A program made the translations under genes and the position numbers. Of a stretch of 64,000 nucleotides of DNA, positions 53,151 to 64,000 are shown one piece after another. Positions within the stretch are counted from its first letter, which is position 1; each line of letters opens with the position of its first letter. The notes beneath the pieces are model-generated. The model did not search any database. It had not been told where the DNA came from and saw nothing but the letters and a program-made list of their open reading frames with translations. Origin of the DNA: Camelus dromedarius (taxonomy: Eukaryota); NCBI RefSeq assembly GCF_036321535.1, contig NC_087437.1, positions 22,632,001-22,696,000 of the forward strand, written 5' to 3'.

Positions 53151-54399
53151 AGTGTCTAGATTCATGGCTAAACTATTCTACCTCTTGATAGTTTCATATC
53201 TCACCCTATTTTTTTTTCCCTCTTCACAACATGATTTTCAGGATAAGAAGGACAGTATAAGAGCAGGTCCTTTCCTTTGTCTTACACCGGATTAGAAAGG
53301 GTACCATGAAGGGGTTGGCAGGAAATATGAAGATAATGAGATGGGGAGGAGGAGAAAATGATCAAAGGACGAATCAATGCAGTCACTAGGCAAAGGAAAC
53401 AGCAGGGAAAGTATGTGGGGAGGGAGGCTGGACTAGTGATTTTTATTATTACTACTACCACACAGTTTTTCAAAGCTGCTCTCTTTCATCCTCTTCCATC
53501 ACCTTGGAACTTTCCCAGAATGCCCAATTTGAGAAACTTTGCATTTATATCTTTGGCCCTCAAATAAAGTTAGAATCCTGTCTTAATGACTACCATTTAT
53601 AACATCCAGTTCTACATAATGAGGCCATTGCCAACTCATGGTCAATAGCCCACACTAACCCAAGGTTGCTGCTATGGATATAATTAGCTCCCTTAATTTC
53701 CAAGTCATTGTCCTTTTACCAGTCAACCTAGCTAATATACCTATTGATGTAGTGTTTCATTCAGAAATAGAAATTACCTATGGTTGATTGCATGTTATAA
53801 TATCCTATGTAAATCTGGCACCAATTCTCAAAGTAGGGTTTTTTGTTTCCTCTGAGTGGAGTAAGCTACAACCTACAAGGACTTAATGACTGTAGAGATT
53901 CCCCTGATAGAGTAATGGCCCTCACATCTGTAAAAACGATAAGAAGGTATCAGGGATATGCAGACTTGAAGATGTTTGGAATAAAACTGTTGTCAGAGAA
54001 GAGAAAATGAATCAAGTTGGGGGTGGGGGAGGTATATATGTGTTAGACAATTTCAAAAGTTCACAATGGAGGAGTGTCAGACAGAGTTAATGCAGGGTGG
54101 AAGACCCAGGGGAGGGAAAGGTCAGGAGGTACAACTGACACTAAGCTTACTCCTAAAGACTAGCAAACTGGGTGTGTGTCACTGGGGAAAGAGGTGACAT
54201 GGCTGGGGAGCAGGGAGGAGGAAGGAGTCCTCTAAGCCTTGGTATAAAGCTAGGCTTTTAAATGTAATGTCCATGATTACTGGCAAGGAAGGGAGGATTG
54301 CAAAATAAGAGGTCACTAACAAGTTCCTATAGCCTCAGAAACGAATTCAAAGTAACCCTTGTTATGCTTTTAAAATATCTGTTCCTTTTAATAATTATG

Positions 54400-54625
54400 A
54401 TGATGTCAACAACTAATATTCATTGGTTATGTTGTAGGCAATAGTCTATCAAATTTACACAGATTAGCTTTTTTTCATCTCAACACTATGGGCATCCTCA
54501 TTTTACAGCTGAAGAAACTAAAGTGGAGAGGGTGAAATAACTTGTTCAAATCACAGGTAGAAAGAGGGATATGAAGGCAGGCATCTGGTACCAAATCCCT
54601 GTTTTTAACCATTAGGTAACAATGC
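54400..54625 (-). mobile_element. MIR
   Basis: catcctcattttacagctgaagaaactaaagtggagagggtgaaataacttgttcaaatcaca. Confidence 0.65.
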
Positions 54626-54629
54626 CTTC

Positions 54630-55153
54630 TGTCACACCTGACACTCTCTACTATTCCCTGGATAACAGACCCCGTGAGAACTATCTCCATCTCCCCACGA
54701 GGGGCCCCAGAAGCCCTGTGTGCACTATCCCCTCCCCAGGACAGAACTGTTCAAATTAAGGAGGGCATCTGGCCCCAAGTTAATCCATTCAGGTTCTCTC
54801 TCTCCTTCCCAGTAATTTGGAATTGGGATAGAAATAACCAGTCAGTTTGGATCAGTCTTTTTAGCTTTAAAATGTCAATACAGGGGTACCAGGTGTCTGC
54901 TGTCTTCCCTCTGTGCCTACTAAGAGACAGAAGATGGGGAATGAGCAGAAGGACATAGAAAAGAGAGAAAGTAAGTATTTCTGAGGTCCTCAGTGGTTGT
55001 CCAGCTCATTATTTCAGGCCTAATTGAGACCAGGTTCTTTTCTGACATCAGTTCAGTGAGATGCCCTCTGTCCTCATTATAAGCACACTCTTTTTGCTTA
55101 ACCTGCACTGAGTTGGTTTCTGTCACTTACAACCAAAGAGATGTAATTAAAAC
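54630..55153 (+). mobile_element. MLT1-family (MLT1K/L-like) LTR
   Basis: Ends tttttgcttaacctgcactgagttggtttctgtcacttacaaccaaagag...aca. Confidence 0.6.
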
Positions 55154-57232
55154 AGCATAGAGATACCAGTCTGTAGTTTCCTCCTCTTATGTATTTTACT
55201 TCCTTAAGCATTTATTCTTTTCATCAACATTTTTCTGTCTCCTTTCAGATGAGGAATCTCCCACTGAGATTTAGCCTTAGAACAATAATATCATAGGCAT
55301 CAGAAGACCTCTATCTCCTCCTAGAAAGACTGGGAACAAAATAACCACAGAGTGTTGCTTTATGAAAATGACTTTAAAAATAATAATAGCCACCACCATC
55401 ACATCTAATATCATAAATACTCTTCTTCTTTGTAGAGTGGACTTTAATTTTAATGGTATTTGGACTATTTTGATAGTCTACCAATTTCATTAAAAAGGAA
55501 TTCTACTGCAATCCTGGATAAATAATTAAAATAGACCCTGATAGAAGTTTAACTTTAATACTCCCAAATAAAACGTTGCAATGAGTTGCTTTAAGAGTGT
55601 AATGATCCAGAAAGCAACTTTCCCACATGAACTATGTTTTTATGAGGACCATGGAGGCAAGGATACTGCCTATGATTATTTTCTCAAGTTGACTTGAACT
55701 TGCTTGAGCTATTAATATGCCTGTGGATGAATACAAAATAGAACAAGGAGACTTTCTTCTCCATCATCCTCATTTTACAGATGAGGATGTTGAGGCTTAA
55801 AAAGCAAAGTTACACAATTTAATGGCACACTTAGCATTGGATCCTGAGTTGGTTGACATTCCTGATTTAAAGCTCTTTACATTTCACCTCTTTGAGAAGG
55901 CTTTGTGGCTTTTACAAGCTTTATAACATTAAGAGGAAAACTAGGGTTTGCCTCTTGAACTCAGATCAATACTGCTAAGAAAATGTTTCAAAAAAACAAA
56001 ACAAAAACCTCAGATCAGTTGAACTCAGATCAATTCACATGAGAAGTAGCCAGTAGAATGGCCAGGCACCGGATGGGGAGTTCTGGTCCAGCCTCTGCCA
56101 TTTATGGAGCTATGCTTTTGGGTTCCATTTGTTAAAATTAAAAAAAGAGAGAGAGAGAGAGAGAGGGAGAGGACTAGTTCCAATGGTTTCTTGACATTTT
56201 GGAGAGTCCTCAGATGCCTCTAGAACACCTGGCTAGCCCCTCATTGAGGCTTTTGGTGGCAGCTTCTACTGGCTTTCTTATACAGTGGGCAGAACTAGAA
56301 ATTCATACTCTCTCCTTGTGAGCCAAGGAAGTCCCCCAACCCTGCCTTCAGAATGCAGATAATGTACATGAGAGACAATCTGCAATGACACTCAGATATG
56401 TGTCAGTCACTAAAGCAAGAACCATTTAGTTCACAAGCCTTGGAAATTTACATTGTTCTAGTTTTTTTCTTTTTCATCATACATTTATTTTACTAAACTC
56501 TATACAAAGAAATTTTGAATTAAAAAAAAATCCCATAATCTGATTTAAAGTAAATGTCTTTATAAACAGATAAGTTCAAATAACTGATGCATAATTTGGT
56601 CACTGTGGTTCTGAAACAAAGCACAAACCCTTGCACTTCTCTTTTATAATAAAATACCATCATGGATTTTACACTCCTAGTTTCTGGTATCAATTCAGCC
56701 GCCTGTGATAGGTGTTACTAAAAATCTTTGGAGTGCTTGTTTGTACATGCCAGATTTTCTTTAATATACCAACTGATAAATAATTCTACTCTGCAATCTT
56801 CCAAAAGAAAAAAAAGCCACGAAAAATGAAGTAAAAAGCAAAATTAAATATTTTTCACATTTCTTCATTTTTTTTTTTTTTGTCATAAAGCATGGAAATA
56901 TGGCTCAGGATCTCCACCTAGTGGAATGTTTAAGGTTTTAACTCTGTTGTAGAACTAAAAATACAAGAAAGGTGGGGATGGGGCCATAAAGTCAGATGAG
57001 TTTTTTCTTTACTACACAAAATGTATTTATCGAGAGTCTAATATGATAAGTCAATATTGCTCCTTTTTAACTTGGAACATTCACATTTCCTAGGTTATTA
57101 TTAACAGATCTTTTTCTACTAAGACTCTTGATCCTTGAAAGCCATTCTTTGTCAAACCATAGCTGGGCTCTTCCTCATTCCCTTTGTCAAATTGTTATTA
57201 GAAGATTTCACTGCTTTTAAAAAATCCAGTCT

Positions 57233-58895
57233 GGGATAGACGGAGAAGATGGCGGAGTAGAAGGACGCTCGCAGGTCACCCTCTCCCACAAATACACCAA
57301 GACCCACATCTACAGACCCACTCAGCCAACCAGAGCACCTGTGGAACTCTGACAGAACATCGCCCTCTTCAAAAGATAAAGACGCCAAAAATCTGGTAGG
57401 AGAAAAGGAAAAAAGAAAGAACAAAAGGCAAAGCAGCGCGGGACGGGTCCCGCGGGGAGGGAGCGGCAAAGGAGGACTGGCGCTCGCTCGCTGGGTCTCC
57501 CCTCTCCAACTGAGGCCAGCGGGACGGAGGGGGAGCCTCCGAGGCTCGGATCTGTACAGAGCAGCCCTTGACTAACAGAACTAAGTTAAACGGGCACAGA
57601 GCGTCCCCCCGACACCCAGCCTGAGACGCGGGCCGGCAGCGGCGGGCAGGGCCAGGCGAGGACGGGGGCGGCTGCACGGAGGCAGCCCCGGGGGAACGCA
57701 AGGGGCTGCGCGCCGTGGCTGTGGGTGCACAGGGCAGAACAACCTGGGCCCTCCATAAAACAGCAAGGTTGATGTGCTCTCAGGGGAAGGGTGCACACCC
57801 CCATCTCTGAAAACCCGCGGAAAGTTTTCGGGGGAAGAGAGGCGGGGCTCAGGCACAGCCGCCATATCCTCCGCGCTTAGCACTCAGGCGGGGGCGGGGG
57901 CGAAACCTGCATCCGCACCAAAGGGCTTAGCAGCCTCAAAGGCCAGACTGAGACTGGCCTGCAGCCCGGGGCAAATAGGATCCTTCCATCCTGGTCCCTC
58001 AGAGAACTTGCTCCACAAAGACAAACAAGGAGCTGGGTTCTGGCTCGGAGCAGGGACAAGGCTGTCCCTCGGTCTTCCCGGAGCCCACCTGCGGAGCGCC
58101 GACCAGGGCGGAGCGCGCAGCCGTACAGAGAGCGGAGCTACCGGCGGCGCAGGTAGAGGGAGAGCGGCCCCCCCCCCCCCCCGCCTTTCGGGCAGGAACA
58201 CAGCGCCTGACCGAGGTGCTGGGAGGGGGCACGACCCGCCCTCCTACCCGGCCAGTCTGCAACATCTGACTGCGGCATCCGGAGGGGCAGCGACCCGCCC
58301 GCCCACAGCAGAGAGCTGCACCTGACCCAGTGTTAGGAGGAGGCACGATCTGCTTGCCGACAGGTGCTGGGAGCAGCACAGAAGAGGGCGCCAACGGAGG
58401 GCCTCTGAAAATAGCAAGCTGAGCTTCCAAAACAGGACGAAGACAGAAAGACTTCACAGTAAAAGCACACAGACTCCAGGAGAACACCGACAAACCCCCC
58501 CCCCCTTTTTTTTAATCTGTTTTTACCTGTTCTATTTTCTATTATTCTCTTTTTACTTCTTAATTCATTTCTATTTCTCTTGGGTTTTGATGTCCTGCTA
58601 TTGATTAGACACAGGTTTCAAATACATCTATTCATCTCCCCCCCCCTTTTTTTGTAAAGGTTTTAAAAGGACGTCTCAACCCGATTAATACTCTACTTCA
58701 ACTCACTCTTCTATTATTCATTATACACTGTTTTCAAACCCTCTTTCTCCCTTCTTTTAAAATTCTTTCTCTCTCTCTCTTATTTTTTTTTTCTTTTTTT
58801 CCTAAGTTCTATTCCTAAATAGGCATTAGATAGATAAAATCCTTAAGGACCAAAATAAACAACTGATACTCCATAAACCACAGTGCCAAAGAGGT
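57233..58895 (+). promoter_or_regulatory. L1 5'UTR internal promoter / CpG island
   Basis: YY1-type AAGATGGCG at 57246-57254; dense CpGs at ~57430-58420; pyrimidine-rich tract before ORF1. Confidence 0.8.
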
Positions 58896-59798
58896 ATGAG
58901 CAAGATGAAGAAGCAGAAAAACCTTTCCCAATTAAAAGAACAAGAGAAATCCCCTGAAAGAAAGATCAACGAAATAGACATCAATAGCCTACTAGATCAA
59001 GATTTCAAAAAAGGAGTGATCGAATTGCTGAAGGAATTAAAAGAGATAGTGTTTAGAGATATAAAATATGTCAAAAATGAAATTGAAGCTATAAAGAAGA
59101 GCCAAGTAGAATGGGTAAACTCATTGACAGAGATGAGGAATGATCTAATAGCTGTGCAAAGCCGACTAGATAATGCAGAGCAACGAATTAGTGATCTAGA
59201 AGACAGGGCAATAGAAAGCACCCATTCAGAAGAACTACAAGAGAAGCAAATAAAAAATAATGAAAATAGCATAAGGGACCTATGGGATAATATAAAGCGT
59301 CCCAATCTTCGCATAATAGGGGTCCCAGAAGGAGAAGAAAGATCAAAGGGGATTGAAAAGGTTTTTGAAGAAATCATGACTGAAAACTTCCCAAACTTAA
59401 AGAAGGAATCAGATATCCAAGTACAGGAAGCTCAGAGGGTCCCAAACAGGAAGAACCCAAATAGACCCACACCAAGACATATCATAATCAAGATGGCCAG
59501 AGTCAAGGATAAAGAAATGATTCTAAAGGCAGCAAGAGAAAAGCAAAGAGTAAGTTACAAGGGAACCCCCATAAGGCTCTCAGCTGATTTCTCTACACAA
59601 ACACTACAGGCCAGAAGGGAGTGGCAAGATATATTCAAAGCCCTGAATGAAAAAAAGATGTAGCCTAGGATCCTTTATCCAGCAAGGCTATCCTTGAGGA
59701 TAGAAGGAGAAATAAAGAGTTTCACAGACAAAAAAAAGCTGCAGGAGTTTAGCAACACTAAACCCATGCTAAAAGAAATATTGAAAGGGCTATTCTAA
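58896..59798 (+). pseudogene. L1 ORF1p (300 codons) with a single premature TAG at 59661-59663
   Basis: Coiled-coil followed by RPNLRIIGVPEGEE, ENFPNL, PRHIIIKM and ARREW motifs; the frame continues PRILYPARLS...KGLF* after the stop. Confidence 0.95.
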
Positions 59799-60202
59799 AT
59801 AGAAAAGCAGCAGGATGCTACAGAAATGAGAAACACACAACTGGAAAGGTGATAACTCATGAATTACAAATAAAGTAAACATGAAATTATAAAAGAAGAC
59901 ATACAAATCACTGAGAGTGGGAGAGGGAGGCAGGGAAATATAGAATATTTTTTTCTTTCTTTTTAAAAAATTTTTAACAGTAGGATGGGTTTGAGATCAT
60001 ATTACTATCGGTTTAATAAAAACAGTTACAGTAATGGGTTGATAGATTTACATAAAAGGGTAACCACAAGCCAAAAATTTACAAAGGAGTCAAAAAAATT
60101 AAATAAAATCCATGATAATACAAAGGAAAATTACCAAACCACAAAAGGAAGAAGAAAGGAACAAAGAGGATATACCAATTCAACTGCAAAGATAAGTTCA
60201 AA

Positions 60203-63200
60203 ATGGCAATAAACACACATCTATCATTAATTACTGTAAATGTTAATGGACTAAATGCTCCAGTCAAAAGACACAGAGTGGCAGACTGGCTAATAAAGCA
60301 AGAACCTTCAATATGCTGCATACAAGAGACCCACTTTAGGGAGAAGGACACATATAGATTGAGAGTGAAAGGATGGAAAAGGATATTCCATGCAAATGGA
60401 AAAGCCAAAAAAGCAGGTGTTGCAGTACTGATTTCAGACAAAATAGACTTTAAAACAAAGGCCATAAAGAAAGATAAAGAAGGACATTTTATAATGATTA
60501 AAGGAGTGATACAAGATGAGGATATTACACTCGTTAATATATATGCACCCAATATAGGAGCACCTAAGTACATACAAGAATTACTAACAGAGGTAAAGGG
60601 GGATATTGATGGGAATACAATCATAGTTGGAGATTTTAACACTGAATTTAACATCACTATACAGATCTTCCAGACAGAAAATAAACGAGGCAACAGAGAA
60701 ATTAAATACTACAATAGAAAAACTAGACTTGGTGGATATTTTCAGAGCATTACACCCCCCAAAAATAGGATATACATTCTTTTCAAGTGCACATGGAACA
60801 TTTTCCAGGATCGATCATGTACTTGGGCACAAAAGAAACCTCAACAATTTTAAGAAGATAGAAATTATCTCAAGCATCTTTACTGACCACAATGCCATGA
60901 AACTGGAAATCAACAACAGAGAAACAAAGGAGGAAAAAAGGAAAGCATGGAGATTAAACAATATGTTATTGAAAAAACAATGGATCAATGAGGAAATTAA
61001 AGCTGAAATTAAAAAATACCTTGAGACAAATGATAATGAAAGCACAACCACTCAAAACCTATGGGACACAGCAAAGGCAGTGCTAAGAGGGAAGTTTATA
61101 GCAATACAGGCCTTCCTCAAAAAAGAAGAACAATCTCAAATAAACAATTTAACCGACCACCTGAATGAATTAGAAAAAGAAGAACAAAAAGCCCCAAAAA
61201 GCAGCAGAAGGAAGGAAATAATAAAGATCAGAGAGGAATTAAATACAATAGAGATTAACAAGACCATAGAAAAAATCAACCAAACCAAAAGCTGGTTTTT
61301 TTGAAAAAGTAAATAAAATCGACAAACCTCTGGCCAAACTCACAAAGAAGAAAAAAGAGAGAGCACAAATTAGCAAAATAAGAAAGGAAAATGGAGAAAT
61401 TACAACAAACAAAATAGAAATACAGAATATCATATGAGAATATTATGAAAAACTATATGGAACCAAACTGGATAACCTAGAGGAGATGGACAAGTTTCTG
61501 GAAACATACTGTCCACCAAAACTGAATCAAGAAGAATCTGAACACTTGAACAATCCGATCACTAGAAAGGAAATAGAAATAGCAATTAAAAACCTCCCTA
61601 CAAATAAAAGTCCAGGAACGGACGGCTTCACCGGGGAATTCTACCAAACATACAAAGAAGAACTCATACCAGTCCTTCTCAAACTCTTCCAGATGATTGA
61701 AAAGGAGGGAATACTCCCAAACTCATTCTATGAAGCCACCATCACCCTGATACCAAAACCAGGCAAAGACACTACAAAAAAAGAGAATTACAGGCCAATA
61801 TCACTGATGAACATAGACGCCAAAATCCTCACCAAAATTTTAGCAAAAAGAATCCAACAACACATAAAAAAGATTATACATCATGACCAAGTGGGGTTCA
61901 TCCCAGGGACACAAGGCTGGTTCAACATACGCAAATCAATCAGTGTAATACATCACATCAACAAGAGAAAGGACAAAAACCACATGATCATCTCAATCGA
62001 TGCAGAAAAAGCATTTGATAAAATTCAACACCCATTTATGATAAAAACTCTCGCCAAAGTGGGTATAGAGGGAACATATCTCAACATAATAAAAGCTATA
62101 TATGACAAACCTACAGCCAGCATAGTACTCAACGGTGAAAAACTCAAAAGCTTCCCACTAAAATCTGGGACAAGACAAGGATGCCCACTATCACCACTCC
62201 TATTCAACATAGTCCTGGAAGTCCTAGCCACAGCAGTCAGGCAAGAGAAAGAAATAAAAGGGATCCAAATTGGAAAAGAAGAGGTAAAAGTGTCATTATA
62301 TGCTGATGACATGTTACTATATATAGAAAACCCTAAAAGGTCCACACAAAAGCTACTAGAGCTGATTGAAGAATTCAGCAAGGTAGCAGGTTACAAAATT
62401 AACGTTCAAAAATCAGTTGCATTTCTTTACACTAACGATAAATCAACAGAAGAAGAAAGTAAAGAAACAATCCCCTTTAAAATAGCACCCAAAGTAATAA
62501 AATATCTGGGAATAAATCTAACCAAGGAGGTGAAAGAATTATACACAGAAAACTATAAACCATTGATGAAGGAAATTAAAGAAGACTTTAAAAAATGGAA
62601 AGATATTCCATGCTCTTGGATTGGAAGAATCAATATTGTCAAAATGGTCACACTGCCCAAGGCAATCTACAGATTTAATGCAATCCCTATCCAATTACCC
62701 AGGACATATTTCACAGAACTAGAACAAATCATAATAAAATTCATATGGAACCATCAAAGACCTAGAATTGCCAAAGCATTACTGAAAAGAAAGAAAGAGG
62801 CTGGAGGAATAACTCTCCCAGACTTCAGACAATACTATAGAGCTACAGTCATCAAGACAGCATGGTATTGGTACCAAAACAGACATATAGACCAATGGAA
62901 CAGAATAGAGAGCCCAGAAATGAACCCACAAACTTTTGGTCAACTCATCTTCGACAAAGGAGGCAAGAATATACAATGGAATAAAGACAGTCTCTTCAGC
63001 AAATGGGGTTGGGAAAACTGGACAGCAGCATGTAAAACAATGAAGCTAGAACACTCCCTTACACCATATACAAAAATCAACTCAAAATGGATTAAAGACT
63101 TAAACATAAGACAAAATACAATAAACCTCCTAGAGGAAAACATAGGCAAAACATTATCTGACATACATCTCAAAAATTTTCTCCTAGAAGAAATAAAAGC

Positions 63201-64000
63201 AAGAATAAACAAAGGGGACCTAATGAAACTTACAAGCTTCTGCACAGCAAAGGAAACCAGAAGTAAAACAAGAAGAAAACCTACAGAATGGGAGAAAATT
63301 TTTGCAAGTGAAACCGACAAAGGCTTGATCTCCAGAATATATAAGCAGCTCATACGACTCAATAAGAAAAAAATAAACAACCCAGTCCAAAAATGGGCAG
63401 AAGACCTAAACAAGCAATTCTCCAAGGAAGACATACAAATGATCAAAAAGCACATGAAAAAAAAATGCTCAATATCACTAATTATCAGAGAAATGCAAAT
63501 CAAAACTACAATGAGGTATCACCTCACACCAGTCAGAATGGCCGTCATTCAAAAATCCACAAATGACAAATGCTGGAGAGGCTGTGGAGAAAGGGGAACC
63601 CTCCTACACTGCTGGTGGGAATGCAGTTTGGTGCAGCCACTATGGAAAACAGTGTGGAGATTCCTCAAAAGACTAGGAATAGACTTACCATATGACCCAG
63701 GAATCCCACTCCTGCGCTTGTATCCAGAAGGAAATCTACTTCAGGATGACACCTGCACCCCAATGTTCATAGCAGCACTATTTACAATAGCCAAAACATG
63801 GAAACAGCCTAAATGTCCATCAACAGGTGACTGGATAAAGAAGTAGTGGTATATTTATACAATGGAATACTACTCAGCCATAAAAACCGACAACATAATG
63901 CCATTTGCAGCAACATGGATGCTCCTGGAGAATGTCATTCTAAGTGAAGTAAGCCAGAAAGAGAAAGAAAAATACCATATGAAATCGCTCATATGTGGAA
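60203..64000 (+). pseudogene. L1 ORF2p (APE endonuclease, RT, CCHC), disrupted
   Basis: NVNGLN, QETH, GDFN and DHNA endonuclease motifs; RT QGCPLSP and YADD; CWRGC...HCWWEC. +1 frameshifts at ~60645 and ~61300; in-frame stops at 61435-61437 and 63844-63846. Confidence 0.95.

Larger units (their letters stand above)
57233..64000 (+). mobile_element. young near full-length LINE-1 (3' end beyond the window)
   Basis: Preceded by tttt|aaaaaatccagtct (endonuclease site and putative left TSD at 57219-57232); CpG-rich 5'UTR, ORF1, 404-bp spacer, ORF2. Confidence 0.97.

Noticed and set aside
57152..58493. Several 100-183 aa ORFs on both strands in the young L1 5'UTR (possible ORF0-like)
   Set aside because: GC-rich sequence is poor in stop codons; the longest ORFs start at GTG/TTG rather than ATG and give low-complexity peptides with no recognisable homology.
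58997..63503. Long antisense ORFs (126, 204, 118, 187 aa) opposite L1 ORF1/ORF2
   Set aside because: Typical shadow frames of A-rich L1 coding sequence; the hydrophobic F/L/S/I composition reflects the antisense codons.

Overview
Mammalian, AT-rich genomic DNA with no recognisable host protein-coding exon, RNA gene or CRISPR array; it is intronic or intergenic. It is dominated by transposable elements. There is a young, near full-length LINE-1 on + (about 57233 to beyond the window end) with a CpG-rich 5'UTR, ORF1 with one premature stop, and ORF2 with two frameshifts and two stops. There is an older full-length LINE-1 on + (24314-30864) with a perfect 13-bp TSD. The rest includes several truncated L1 3' ends, about ten solo LTRs (MLT1, LTR33, LTR16, MER21, MER31 and ERV1-like), L2/MIR/CR1 relics and hAT DNA-transposon fossils (MER5A, MER20-like, MER96B-like). 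The long L1 inter-ORF spacer, the L1 3'UTR type and the absence of Alu, B1, Bov-tA, CHR-2, PRE-1 or Can-SINE copies suggest a cetartiodactyl, most likely a camelid (inference). Repeat family names were recognised by eye and need RepeatMasker/Dfam confirmation. I find no evidence for a new biological system. The most interesting observations are: a ~310-bp polyadenylated non-L1 retro-insert inside the older L1 ORF2; a 63-bp L1 3'UTR piece fused in front of that same L1's 5' end but inside its TSDs; a perfect 14-bp hairpin at 52194-52227; an L1-borne CTCF motif; and a + strand bias of L1s and LTRs hinting at a minus-strand host transcript.
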